Assembly (NCBI GenBank): GCA_028286865.1
Contig: JAQBQU010000017.1
Coordinates: forward strand, 14,395-78,394
Reading direction: 5' to 3'
DNA: 64,000 nucleotides
From: Candidatus Kaiserbacteria bacterium
GTDB lineage: Bacteria > Patescibacteriota > Minisyncoccia > Phycocordibacterales > UBA2100
Position numbers and translations under genes: made by a program. The notes under the pieces are model-generated. The model made no database searches and was not told the DNA's origin. It worked only from the letters and a program-made list of their open reading frames with translations. Below are positions 41,798 through 50,845 of this stretch, piece after piece. Position 1 is the stretch's first letter, and each line of letters starts with the position of its first letter.

Positions 41798-42241
41798 ATG
41801 AAAGTAATCATGCTTAAGGATGTGGGAAAGGTAGGGCAGCGCGGAAAGGTGATAGAAGTGAGCGACGGCTATGCGCTCAATTTCCTTATTCCTCAGGGAG
41901 CTGCGGAGCAGGCGACACCGGATAAGATCAAAGCATTCCAGGCTCGTGAGAAGGTAGAGAATGAGAATCGCGCGAAGGAGCAGGCAAAGCTCCAGGCCAC
42001 AGTGCAGAGTATGAATAATCAGAAGATCGAGATGAAAGCCCGCGCCACCGAAAAGGGCGGGCTCTTCAAGGCGATCACCGCCGGAGACATTGTGAAATCG
42101 ATCAAAGAGCAGAAAGGTGTGACGATCTCATCTGAGTCCGTGGAGCTTGAGAAGCCGCTCAAGCAGACCGGCGAGCATATATTGAAAATCCGCGCCGGAG
42201 GCGCGGAATCTCAGATCACTTTCGTGATAGCGGCGGCTTAA
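41798..42241 (+). CDS. rplI: 50S ribosomal protein L9
   Basis: [12 protein letters not shown]....[11 protein letters not shown]. Confidence 0.96.
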   Translation: MKVIMLKDVGKVGQRGKVIEVSDGYALNFLIPQGAAEQATPDKIKAFQAREKVENENRAKEQAKLQATVQSMNNQKIEMKARATEKGGLFKAITAGDIVKSIKEQKGVTISSESVELEKPLKQTGEHILKIRAGGAESQITFVIAAA

Positions 42242-42510
42242 ACGACGTGGACGATCTTGCGGGTGACCGAGCGGCCGTCGAAATTGGTCTTGCGCTTGGA
42301 TGCGAACTGAACCGTACCCGATGCGTATGAGAAAAGAGTGTGGTCCTTTCCGACGCCGACGTTCTTGCCTGCCATGATCGCAGTACCGCGCTGGCGGACG
42401 ATGATCTGGCCCGGCTTTACGATCTCGCCGTCAGAGAGCTTCACCCCCAAATACTTTGGATTTGAATCTCGTAGGTTTTTCGTTGTTCCTCCTGCTTTTG
42501 TATGTGCCAT
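42238..42510 (-). CDS. rpmA: 50S ribosomal protein L27
   Basis: [36 protein letters not shown]. Confidence 0.97.
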   Translation of the reverse strand: MAHTKAGGTTKNLRDSNPKYLGVKLSDGEIVKPGQIIVRQRGTAIMAGKNVGVGKDHTLFSYASGTVQFASKRKTNFDGRSVTRKIVHVV

Positions 42511-42592
42511 ATAAGATGATAGTTGTTATTTTTTTGGAATGGTAGGGCCTCGGAATGCGATATAGTACTGGTATACCGTCCGCTACCTACGT

Positions 42593-42961
42593 ATGCAGAC
42601 TATACAGAATATAGGGCAGAAAATCAAGCCCGTACTCGACCGGGGGATAGCCGAATGGGGCATTTTTGGCCTTATTTTGCTCGCTTCTGTGGCTTCCTTC
42701 GGCCTGGGCCGTTTATCTGCCCTAGAAGACGCACGGCCCGTCGTATCTGTCTCCCAGGCCTCAGCGGCCGCTCTGGCCATATCTGAGGCCCCCGGGGGCC
42801 TTTTGGAGGCATCGAAGACCGGTACCGTCTACTATTACCCCTGGTGCGCCGGGGCCGCCAAGATAAGCCCTCAAAATGCCCGATGGTTTGCCTCAGAAAA
42901 GGCCGCTCAGGCGGCAGGATTGCGCCCAGCTAAGAACTGCAAAGGTTTAGTGTCCTCCTGA
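42593..42961 (+). CDS. Membrane protein with Ada metal-binding-like C-terminus
   Basis: SFGLGRLS, ASKTG..YYYPWC...I...N..WF....A...G.RPA.NC. Confidence 0.75.
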   Translation: MQTIQNIGQKIKPVLDRGIAEWGIFGLILLASVASFGLGRLSALEDARPVVSVSQASAAALAISEAPGGLLEASKTGTVYYYPWCAGAAKISPQNARWFASEKAAQAAGLRPAKNCKGLVSS

Positions 42962-42984
42962 ATATAGGCTACAATGCTCGCCAT

Positions 42985-43578
42985 ATGATCGTACTTGATG
43001 TTGAGGCTTCCGGAGTGGAGCCCACAAAGCACTCCATTGTCAGTATCGGGGCGCTTGATATCGCGAATCCGACGAACCGCTTTTATATGGAATGCCGCAT
43101 CTGGGATGGGGCGCACATCATGGACGGGGCGCTTGCGGTCAACGGCTTTACCAAATCTGAGATCACCGACAGATCAAAGCCGAGCGAAGCGGATCTCACT
43201 CATGCCTTCCGCACCTGGTCGGAGACCGTCGAGGAGCGCACGTTTGTGGGTCAGAACGTCTCATTCGATCGCGACTTTCTCAAAGAGGCGGCGACACGCG
43301 CAGGGCACACCGACTGGCCTTTTGCGCACCGCACCATCGACGTGCACACCCTCTGCTTTATGCACATGGTCCTCAAGGGCCTGCAGCCACCCGTGAAGAA
43401 TCATCGATCCGCTCTCAACCTCGATGCGGTCCTCAATTATTGCGGAATTCCCGAAGAGCCCTCGCCGCACAATGCACTCACCGGCGCACTCTCTCACGCG
43501 GAGGTCGCCGCGCGACTTTTGTATGGCCGCAAACTCCTTCCCGAATTCGAGCAGTTCGACATTCCGTGGAATAAATAA
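42985..43578 (+). CDS. DEDD-family 3'-5' exonuclease
   Basis: LDVEASG, GQNVSFD, HNAL. Confidence 0.88.
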   Translation: MIVLDVEASGVEPTKHSIVSIGALDIANPTNRFYMECRIWDGAHIMDGALAVNGFTKSEITDRSKPSEADLTHAFRTWSETVEERTFVGQNVSFDRDFLKEAATRAGHTDWPFAHRTIDVHTLCFMHMVLKGLQPPVKNHRSALNLDAVLNYCGIPEEPSPHNALTGALSHAEVAARLLYGRKLLPEFEQFDIPWNK

Positions 43579-43583
43579 TCCCT

Positions 43584-44081
43584 ATGTCGCTTTTCAGGCG
43601 CGTGGGAATGTATCTTTCGTTCGCGCTGATCTACAAAGCGCACGCTGCACGATATCTTCTGGCAGCGATTCGCGGCGAAAAGGCGGAGGGCGTACGCGCT
43701 ATCATCATTGACGAGAACCGCGTGCTGCTGGTGCGCCACTGGTATGCGCCGTGGGCATGGACGCTCCTGGGTGGCGGCATTGCTCGCAATGAAGAGCCCG
43801 AAGAGGCTGCGATACGCGAAGCGCGCGAAGAGACGGGGCTTGTGCTGCGCACCATCGCCGGGAAGATCGGCATATATAAAGGAGTGGTGGGTAAGAACGA
43901 CAAAGTGCATGTGTTCTATACGAGAGATTTTGAAGGTTCGCTTGCAATGAAGCCAAATCTGGAGATCATGGCGCGCAGCTGGTTTGATATCGATAATTTA
44001 CCGCTCGAACTTTCTCCCGCCAATCGTCGGCGCATCGAAGCGTACCGATCAGGGCAGCGCAACGAATCAGGGAAGTGGTAA
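43584..44081 (+). CDS. NUDIX hydrolase
   Basis: GGGIARNEEPEEAAIREAREETG. Confidence 0.9.
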   Translation: MSLFRRVGMYLSFALIYKAHAARYLLAAIRGEKAEGVRAIIIDENRVLLVRHWYAPWAWTLLGGGIARNEEPEEAAIREAREETGLVLRTIAGKIGIYKGVVGKNDKVHVFYTRDFEGSLAMKPNLEIMARSWFDIDNLPLELSPANRRRIEAYRSGQRNESGKW

Positions 44082-44135
44082 TAAAAAATTGCGGGCCGCA
44101 TCGCGGCCCGCAAACAATATCGGGAATGATCGTGA

Positions 44136-44528
44136 CTATGCCGGCACGAGTTCGGGGGTGAGCGTGTAGCTCTCGTGACCGTAATCGACGGTCACCGGAC
44201 CGCGAGGGAAGTCGATGGTGAGGACGTTTCGGTGCAGGTGTCCGATCATCGAGTCGATGAAGTGCTTCGTGTCGCCGTACTGCGGATTCTTGAGCGCGCC
44301 GAGCACTTTTCCGGAGAAAATGATGACCGGATATTTGCGATCCTCTTTCGGACCCTTCCATGTCCAGTCGCTCGACATCCTCGTGCCTTGCGGTAGGGGA
44401 TGATCAGCCATGAACGACTTTGCGCGCGCTTCGGCCATGCTGCACGCCTGGCCGAGCTCTATTTTCCCGTTTATGGGGATAATGACTTTGAACACCACGA
44501 CGCCATCATCGGTCGGAACCCTCTTCAT
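44136..44528 (-). CDS. Hypothetical protein
   Basis: GGGAG SD; TTGACT-N17-CATTAT promoter; terminator at 44083-44113. Confidence 0.7.
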   Translation of the reverse strand: MKRVPTDDGVVVFKVIIPINGKIELGQACSMAEARAKSFMADHPLPQGTRMSSDWTWKGPKEDRKYPVIIFSGKVLGALKNPQYGDTKHFIDSMIGHLHRNVLTIDFPRGPVTVDYGHESYTLTPELVPA

Positions 44529-44643
44529 CGTTCTCTCCCTTCGGCACACCTGTGCCACTGACCAGATAATGCAATACCCAGTCCGAGCAGTCAATCGCTC
44601 AATAAGTGATAAAATGAAGACTTACTACTTAGGGTCAATTTTT

Positions 44644-45063
44644 ATGTTACCTATCAATTATGTGGCTGTTCTCGTGGCGGCAGTGATAGCATTTATCATC
44701 GGATTCTTAATGCACGGACCGGTGGCAGGGAAGCTCTGGATGCGCCTTGCTGATGTGCACCCGACGGGCAATGAGAAGTTCTCGGACATGATCCCGCAGA
44801 TGATCTGGAATATCATCGTTAATATCGTGACGGCGTACGCACTCGCCGCCGTCATTGTGCTCACGACCGGTTCTCAATATCTGACCGGCTCGCTCCTGCA
44901 TGACGCGATCGCGGTCTCGCTCATTATCTGGGCGGGATTCTTGCTTACCTCTACATCTATCAACGTCATCTGGATGAAGGCATCATTCAAGCTCTGGCTT
45001 TTCGAAGCATTCTCGAGCCTCATCGTGATGCTCGCCATGGGTGCGACCATCGCACTGATGTAA
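44644..45063 (+). CDS. DUF1761 family membrane protein
   Basis: INYVAVLVAAVIAFIIGFL..GP..GKLW; 4 TMs. Confidence 0.8.
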   Translation: MLPINYVAVLVAAVIAFIIGFLMHGPVAGKLWMRLADVHPTGNEKFSDMIPQMIWNIIVNIVTAYALAAVIVLTTGSQYLTGSLLHDAIAVSLIIWAGFLLTSTSINVIWMKASFKLWLFEAFSSLIVMLAMGATIALM

Positions 45064-45072
45064 GCATTTGAT

Positions 45073-45110
45073 CAAGAAGCGGCCGTGCTACGTGCGCGGC
45101 CGCTTCTTTT
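45073..45110 (+). terminator. Intrinsic terminator
   Basis: AAGAAGCGGCCGTGC-TACGT-GCGCGGCCGCTTCTTTT. Confidence 0.8.
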
Positions 45111-45170
45111 ATTGACATCATCGCCCATCGCGGGCATTCTAGGCCGAGCTCGCTTTAAGGAGAATTGGAA

Positions 45171-45296
45171 TTGAATTACGCGCTGCTCGCTTACGCCCTC
45201 GCCGCCGTCGTCCTATTAGGGACCGCTTTCTGCACCCGTCAGGATACCGACCCATCGAAGCCGCTTCCTCCCAAGTATGCGGCCACTCAACACTGA
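45171..45296 (+). CDS. 41-aa signal-peptide/TM peptide
   Basis: TTGACA-N17-CATTCT promoter, AAGGAG SD, TTG start, MNYALLAYALAAVVLLGTAFCTRQD...QH*, terminator. Confidence 0.55.
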   Translation: MNYALLAYALAAVVLLGTAFCTRQDTDPSKPLPPKYAATQH

Positions 45297-45433
45297 GCCT
45301 TGTAGGGCTCCTGCGATCGCGCTTCACGGCGCGGTCGTTTTCTTTTATTGACACTCTTTTAAACAGGTACATGCTTACGGTAGGGAGGACAATATCGTCC
45401 TGAAGCGACATTGAAAGAAGAAGAGAGGGAACA

Positions 45434-45676
45434 ATGCTATTGATGATCGTTGGAGGTGCCATCGCAATCGGTCTGGCATATTACATCCTACCGAAGAAGC
45501 GGCCAGATTTTCTACCACCTGATCAGCGAGTAGCGTTCGTGTGCCTGGTCGTGGCGGCTTGCAGCTTTCCCTTGATCGGGGTCGGTGCCGCATCTTCTAA
45601 ATCTCTGCAATGCACAAGTAAGGCCCAGGGCCTTGCGATCATTGTTTCGAATCCGTTCATGGCGTGCAAAAAATAA
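45434..45676 (+). CDS. Small membrane protein
   Basis: Own TTGACA promoter, GAGGG SD, two hydrophobic segments. Confidence 0.65.
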   Translation: MLLMIVGGAIAIGLAYYILPKKRPDFLPPDQRVAFVCLVVAACSFPLIGVGAASSKSLQCTSKAQGLAIIVSNPFMACKK

Positions 45677-45745
45677 CGATCCGTATCAGACGGACGAAGA
45701 ATAAAAGAGGCGGTTCACAACCGCCTTTTGCTATATAATTAACGA

Positions 45746-46339
45746 ATGGACCACTTCCTTATCTGGTGCGGGGTTCTTGTAGCACCTGTTTTTATCTCCA
45801 TCTTTCTTATAGAGGGATATCTGCGCAAAGGATATCTGCCGCTTCGGCAGCCGGTCAGTGCGCTTGCGATCGGTCCGCGCGGATGGATACAGCGTGCCAA
45901 CTTTTTTATCACCGGTGCTCTGGCCCTTTTGTACGCGTTCAGTCTGCAGGGATGGGGATCGATACTCACGATCATCTTCGGTGCGGGCCTCGTGGGGGCA
46001 GGTGTTTTCGTGACGGATGTCACCGGATCGCCCAAGCAGGATAGCGGCCCGGTGATCAGGAGCAGGGCCGGCCTCCTTCACGATATATTTTCTCTCCCGG
46101 TTTTTATGGCCCTCTTGGTGAACTGCTTCGTGTTCGCGCAGGGCTTTAGTGCGTCGGGCGAAGACGCGTGGACCGTCTATTCAAGACTGTCCGGCATTCT
46201 GCTCGCGGTCTTTTTCGTATTCGCCGGAGTAGGTTTTTCGGGCTCGCCTAAATTCGCGCATATAGGCGGCCTTATGCAGCGCTTGTCTATCTCAATAGGG
46301 TGGATATGGCTTTCGGTGGTGGCACTGCACCTTCTCTAG
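45746..46339 (+). CDS. DUF998 family membrane protein
   Basis: GY...RQPVSALAIG..GWIQ..NF, G.LH, GLMQR. Confidence 0.85.
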   Translation: MDHFLIWCGVLVAPVFISIFLIEGYLRKGYLPLRQPVSALAIGPRGWIQRANFFITGALALLYAFSLQGWGSILTIIFGAGLVGAGVFVTDVTGSPKQDSGPVIRSRAGLLHDIFSLPVFMALLVNCFVFAQGFSASGEDAWTVYSRLSGILLAVFFVFAGVGFSGSPKFAHIGGLMQRLSISIGWIWLSVVALHLL

Positions 46340-46359
46340 GGGGTATATACTTCATCTAT

Positions 46360-46530
46360 ATGAATACAAAGACCACGTATATCGTTATCGGCACTATTAT
46401 TTTTTTTGCAGTTATCACGGTCGCGATGAAGATGTATTCCGATAGGCGGCAGGGGACGGAGAAGCTTTCCGCAGAGCAGGTCGTGGATCTTGAAGTGCAG
46501 GCAGATGTGCAGAACGGAGGAGGTCGTTGA
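46360..46530 (+). CDS. Small single-TM protein, paralog of 47857-48033
   Basis: TM + RQGTEKLSAEQVVDLEVQAD. Confidence 0.75.
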   Translation: MNTKTTYIVIGTIIFFAVITVAMKMYSDRRQGTEKLSAEQVVDLEVQADVQNGGGR

Positions 46531-46586
46531 CCCTCTTCTTCATCGATGGCATAGTTTCGCCAGCTATCTCAAGGGAGGACCTACCG

Positions 46587-46910
46587 ATGGCGTTTTTTTC
46601 GAACGACAGTGAGATGATGCACGGACCGTATCAGGGAATCGCGAAGTCGTTTTTGTGCGTCGTCTTCCTGCTGCTGTTCTACAAGTTCTGCCTCGCAGTC
46701 GGAATATTCCCGAGGACCTTGCCGGTGCCGCCGGTCGCGTACCACTGGTGGGTCATCGACGTTCTGACCTTCTTCTCGGCGGTGTTCTGGCTCCTTCATG
46801 GCGCCAAGACCCACAATCACAACGATGAATGGGAGCAGGCGCTTTTGTTCGGGATCGTTCTGGTCGTTGTCTGTCTGGTCATCACGATCGGTCAGGTCAT
46901 CTTCGGCTGA
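46587..46910 (+). CDS. 3-TM membrane protein, tandem paralog A
   Basis: GGGAGG SD; alignable with 46939-47250. Confidence 0.75.
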   Translation: MAFFSNDSEMMHGPYQGIAKSFLCVVFLLLFYKFCLAVGIFPRTLPVPPVAYHWWVIDVLTFFSAVFWLLHGAKTHNHNDEWEQALLFGIVLVVVCLVITIGQVIFG

Positions 46911-46938
46911 TCATCACGCACCTCTGGGAGGAGACACC

Positions 46939-47250
46939 ATGGCTATTCGCTTCGCGTATAGCGGGATGACGGAATCGGTCCAGGTGCTTGCGAAACTGCT
47001 CACCGGACTCATCTTCCTTCTTTTGCTCCACAAGCTGTGGATACGCATCGGATTGTTCCCGCCAAGCTCACCGGTGCCGTTCGTCGCGCAACACCTCGGC
47101 TATATCGCCGTATTGTCGTTCTGCGCGACGCTGTGCTGGTTCCATTACGCGCTTCTGACCGACGACGCTCAGTGGGAGGACGGCCGACTGCTCGGCTTCA
47201 TCATGCTGGGTGTCACCGTTCTGCTCACCTATCTCCAGTTCTTTGCCTGA
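46939..47250 (+). CDS. 3-TM membrane protein, tandem paralog B
   Basis: GGAGGAG SD; shared AK...FLLL..K....G.FP...PVP.VA.H...WE...L.G. Confidence 0.75.
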   Translation: MAIRFAYSGMTESVQVLAKLLTGLIFLLLLHKLWIRIGLFPPSSPVPFVAQHLGYIAVLSFCATLCWFHYALLTDDAQWEDGRLLGFIMLGVTVLLTYLQFFA

Positions 47251-47373
47251 GCGCATCTGTCTGAAAAACGGCCGCTTCTCGAAAGGGAAGCGGCCGTAAT
47301 CTTTTTTTCGTTGACACCTTGGCAGGACAACGAGATAGTTGAGACAGTCACAACCATTCGGGGGAGAATTGTC

Positions 47374-47766
47374 ATGAGGCGTTGGATCGTCACATTTGTT
47401 CTGTTGGCGCTGATCACCTTCAACGATGCTGGAGCGCAGTCTCGGGCCGATGACGTGGTCGAGGTCGGCGTTATCGGCAGTATGTTGATCATAACGGCGT
47501 GCGATACGCCGAAGGATCTGCTTGCGGTGGTCTCGTCGAATTCGAGCACGGAGAAGGAAAGAGTTCTGAAGAAGATGATCGCCGCGCGAAAATGCCAGGT
47601 CGGGTACGGCGTGCGGGTAAAGGTCCTCGATCTCTTGCAGCCGGTACAGATCGGCGCGCTCCAACTTTGTCTGATGAAGGTCGGGACGGGAGAGAACTTC
47701 ACCGAGAAGGTCTCCTACATCGTCATGGGGCTCCGAAGCGTGCGCGGCTGCGGGGTATCAATATAA
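47374..47766 (+). CDS. Secreted hypothetical protein
   Basis: Signal peptide, 4 Cys; own promoter and GGGGAG SD. Confidence 0.7.
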   Translation: MRRWIVTFVLLALITFNDAGAQSRADDVVEVGVIGSMLIITACDTPKDLLAVVSSNSSTEKERVLKKMIAARKCQVGYGVRVKVLDLLQPVQIGALQLCLMKVGTGENFTEKVSYIVMGLRSVRGCGVSI

Positions 47767-47856
47767 GTTCATTTTCCGCATCTAGAATAGCCGCTCGAGA
47801 CCAAAGCCGTCTTGAGCGGCTTTGTGTTTTGCGGCGGCCGGATATACTTCATGAAT

Positions 47857-48033
47857 ATGAATACACGAATCGTAGAGATCATTATTGGAGCGGTCATTAT
47901 TATCCTCGCCGGCATCGTTATTTATGTAACCATGCACAACAGGGCAGCGAGCCAGAGGCAGGGGACGGAGCAGCTCACCGCAGAACAAGTGGTCGGTCTC
48001 GAGGTGCAAGCAGATGCTCAGAATAATCAGTAG
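47857..48033 (+). CDS. Small single-TM protein, paralog of 46360-46530
   Basis: TM + RQGTEQLTAEQVVGLEVQAD. Confidence 0.75.
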   Translation: MNTRIVEIIIGAVIIILAGIVIYVTMHNRAASQRQGTEQLTAEQVVGLEVQADAQNNQ

Positions 48034-48142
48034 AAGAATCGTTCAAAGACGAAGTCGATCGGTGTGGGTTTGACAGGGTAGGGCAGGAGGTAGATGCTAG
48101 CCAGTAGTCCGCATTCAGCGGTGATATTTGGAGGGACAACAG

Positions 48143-48586
48143 ATGGCCTACAAAGAGGCGGGGACATACGTGCGCCCCACACACATGAATGCCCGCAAGA
48201 ATGCCCGTCGCGCCGCGGAGAAGAAACATCCCGGCGAGCCGATGGCCTGGTGCGGCGGCAAGCTCTGCTTCCTGAGCAACGGCTTCGTCGTTCCTGGTAC
48301 ACCGGTGCTGCCCAAGCCGCACCGGAAAGCTATCGGCTTCGAAGCTTCCGGTGCACAACGCCTGGCTGTCATTCCGAGCTTTGGTGCCTCGCGCGAGTTC
48401 GGCGAAGGCGGCTTCTACGGGTTTCACCCGTCGAAGAAGACCGATTCTGCCACGACTTTCTACGATCACGAGCGCAAGCACGGCGCCGCCAATGATCGCG
48501 ATCGGTCGCGTAGCAGCCATCGTCCCGAAAGCTACGTCAGCGGCGGCGGTGACTACGAAGGAGGGTATCGCGGCGGTCGCTCCTGA
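48143..48586 (+). CDS. Basic hypothetical protein with Gly/Arg-rich tail
   Basis: GGAGGG SD, TTGACA-N17-GATGCT promoter, terminator 48612-48648. Confidence 0.7.
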   Translation: MAYKEAGTYVRPTHMNARKNARRAAEKKHPGEPMAWCGGKLCFLSNGFVVPGTPVLPKPHRKAIGFEASGAQRLAVIPSFGASREFGEGGFYGFHPSKKTDSATTFYDHERKHGAANDRDRSRSSHRPESYVSGGGDYEGGYRGGRS

Positions 48587-48723
48587 TCTTCAGTACAGAT
48601 TTCTTCCCTCAGCGGGCTGCGTTCGAAAGAGCGCAGCCTGTTCCTTTTGTTGTGGCTTTTGAAAAGAATTGACCCGCATCTTCATAAATGACATAGTCTC
48701 ATAAGCAAGAAAGGGACGAACTC

Positions 48724-49170
48724 ATGACAGAGAAAATGCTTTTGGCGCCATCGGAGCCGACCGAGGCATCGTTCTGCGCCCTGGTGAAGACGGCGATAGA
48801 GTCCCGGCGCACTCACTATTATAGAATTCGCGATGAGGCGCGTATCGGATCAGCGTTTCTGTTTTCGGTGTGGCATTACGCAAAACTTCCCGAGAATAAA
48901 AGTGGAAGAAACAATCTTGCGAATGTCGTCCGCCTCTGCGATCATCTCGATCTCGACCTGAAAGCCTGCCTCGCCGCATGCAAGATCAAGGGTGATCTAT
49001 TCCACATCGACAAGGCGCGTGCGACATTGCTCGAGCTTTCTATCCCAGATCTCGAATTTGTCATTCATCAGATGAAGTCCGACAAAGCGACAAAGATCGG
49101 CATTAACCGTATTCGCCAGTATCTGCAGTACCGTCGTTCCGTAGAAGAGGAGAAAAAGGAGTCAGGCTAA
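48724..49170 (+). CDS. Hypothetical protein
   Basis: TTGACC-N17-CATAGT promoter, AAGGGA SD. Confidence 0.7.
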   Translation: MTEKMLLAPSEPTEASFCALVKTAIESRRTHYYRIRDEARIGSAFLFSVWHYAKLPENKSGRNNLANVVRLCDHLDLDLKACLAACKIKGDLFHIDKARATLLELSIPDLEFVIHQMKSDKATKIGINRIRQYLQYRRSVEEEKKESG

Positions 49171-49226
49171 CGCGCCTGGCTCTTTCTATTTGTGGCTTTT
49201 GGAAGAGGAACTGATACGATTTTGAT

Positions 49227-49484
49227 ATGGCTCTGGCAAAAAAGGTAATCAAGAAAAAGAAGAGCGAGATCGTCAGGGGATTTACGATCAAGTATCACGC
49301 CAATGGCACGACCGTGTGGTCTAAGGGCAAAATGAAAGGCGGGAAGCCAAACGGCTATTGGGAATGGTATCGCCTCGACGGCACCCTCAAGCGCTCGGGC
49401 TTCTTCAAGGATGGGGTGACAGTAGGCAAGTAGACCACGTATGACTCAAAAGGGAAGGTCCATAAAGTCACAGAAAACAAGTAG
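49227..49484 (+). pseudogene. MORN-variant/YwqK-like repeat protein with internal TAG
   Basis: YHANG..WSKG...GKPNGYWEWYRLDGTLKRSG.F..G..VGK*TTYDSKGKVHKVT; TAG at 49431 sits where the repeat predicts Trp. Confidence 0.75.
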
Positions 49485-49520
49485 TTTGACAGGGAATAGG
49501 GAGAGGTAGATGCTAGCGGC

Positions 49521-49697
49521 ATGATTCCGGTAATAGAGTTCATATTGAACTGGGTATTTATGCCTATTTTCTATATAGGATATGCGGCCTGGAAGGCCGT
49601 CACTCACGTTCTTAGACATCCGCTTGTTGTCGCTGTCGCAGGTCTTGTAATAGGGACGATCATTCTAAACGCCCTTGGTTACATTGAATTTAAATAG
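49521..49697 (+). CDS. 58-aa hydrophobic peptide
   Basis: MIPVIEFILNWVFMPIFYIGYAAWKAV...LGYIEFK*; ATG 6 nt after the -10 of a TTGACA promoter. Confidence 0.55.
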   Translation: MIPVIEFILNWVFMPIFYIGYAAWKAVTHVLRHPLVVAVAGLVIGTIILNALGYIEFK

Positions 49698-49744
49698 CTT
49701 TTGGGAGGGGAATTGGTAGGATTTGGGTGCATGGCGGAGTCAAT

Positions 49745-50845
49745 ATGAAAGCCTACTTTCAGACAGAGAAGTACAAGCGTTATTGCTTTGCAATTGCTCG
49801 CAGAGCACGCAAAAGAAGAAGGCAGCGAAAAGTATCCATCCGTATTCTACGGCAAGTTCTACTTGGGAAAGATACTAACTCTGCAAGTCGCATAAGGGAT
49901 TTTGCCGACTACAAGCTGCATGTAGTAGCTCCAGTTGATTGTTGTTTTTTAACTAACATTGAAGAAGTCACAACATTTATAAACAAGCTGGAAGAGCATA
50001 GGGCAGCACGATCAAGAGTATTCGTGGTTCTCAAGAAGGTCGAAAAGTTTGATTATGCAGCAATATCGGTGCTACTTTCAGTCATGTCCACTTTTAAGTT
50101 GGAGCGGACGGGATTTAATGGCGATTTTCCAGCGAATCGTGAGGCAAGAAAGCTGATTGTGGAGTCTGGTTTCTTCGACCATATAAATCGAAAACGTTCC
50201 GAAAAGGAGGAAGATTTGGGATATATAAGAGGTAAAGACAATCAAATATTCACTCACCTAAACACCAATGTTGTTCCGGAACTTGGGTTACCTATTCTTG
50301 AGCAGGCTTCAACTACTGTTTGCGGTGAAAAAAAGGCCAATGGGGGTCTTCACAGTGTACTGATGGAACTAATGCAAAATACTAACAACCATGCCGCTTC
50401 GGGCATAAAAGGGGAGAAGCATTGGTGGCTGTCTGTAAATCACAATGCCGTAAATAAACTTGTCAGTTTCTCATTCATAGATCACGGAGTAGGAGTATTA
50501 ACGAGCCTAGATAGAAAGCCTCCTTCCAGTAGGTGGCACAGAGCTGTACAAAATGCTGCAAAAACTTTTGGCATAGAAAGTAATGAAAACTTCATAGAAG
50601 CGCTTTTGTCGGGAAAAATCCATCAGACCGTCACAAAAAAGTCCTATCGAGGCAAGGGATTGCCAAATATCAAGCGAATGCTAGATTTCAATAAGATTGG
50701 TAACTTACAGATAATTACCAATAATGTCTACGCAAATGTGGCCAAGAAGGAATATAGGCTGCTAAATCAGGATTTTAAAGGAACCTTCTTCTACTGGGAG
50801 CTTTCCTCTGAAAATGAATTTAAACCATGGACAATAATCTCATAA
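49745..50845 (+). CDS. STAS-like + histidine-kinase-like (GHKL) ATPase protein
   Basis: N-box ELMQNTNNHA, G1 DHGVG, G2 RGKGL; N-terminal VVLKKVEKFDYAAISVL STAS-like segment; AT-rich. Confidence 0.8.
   Translation: MKAYFQTEKYKRYCFAIARRARKRRRQRKVSIRILRQVLLGKDTNSASRIRDFADYKLHVVAPVDCCFLTNIEEVTTFINKLEEHRAARSRVFVVLKKVEKFDYAAISVLLSVMSTFKLERTGFNGDFPANREARKLIVESGFFDHINRKRSEKEEDLGYIRGKDNQIFTHLNTNVVPELGLPILEQASTTVCGEKKANGGLHSVLMELMQNTNNHAASGIKGEKHWWLSVNHNAVNKLVSFSFIDHGVGVLTSLDRKPPSSRWHRAVQNAAKTFGIESNENFIEALLSGKIHQTVTKKSYRGKGLPNIKRMLDFNKIGNLQIITNNVYANVAKKEYRLLNQDFKGTFFYWELSSENEFKPWTIIS

Noticed and set aside
49431-49433. Stop-codon reassignment or alternative genetic code
   Set aside because: TAG and TGA both terminate well-conserved genes in this window (mraZ TAG, ahcY TGA)
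44083-49697. Classical integron cassette array
   Set aside because: No intI and no RYYYAAC...GTTRRRY attC pattern seen; hairpins look like intrinsic terminators; orientation is mixed
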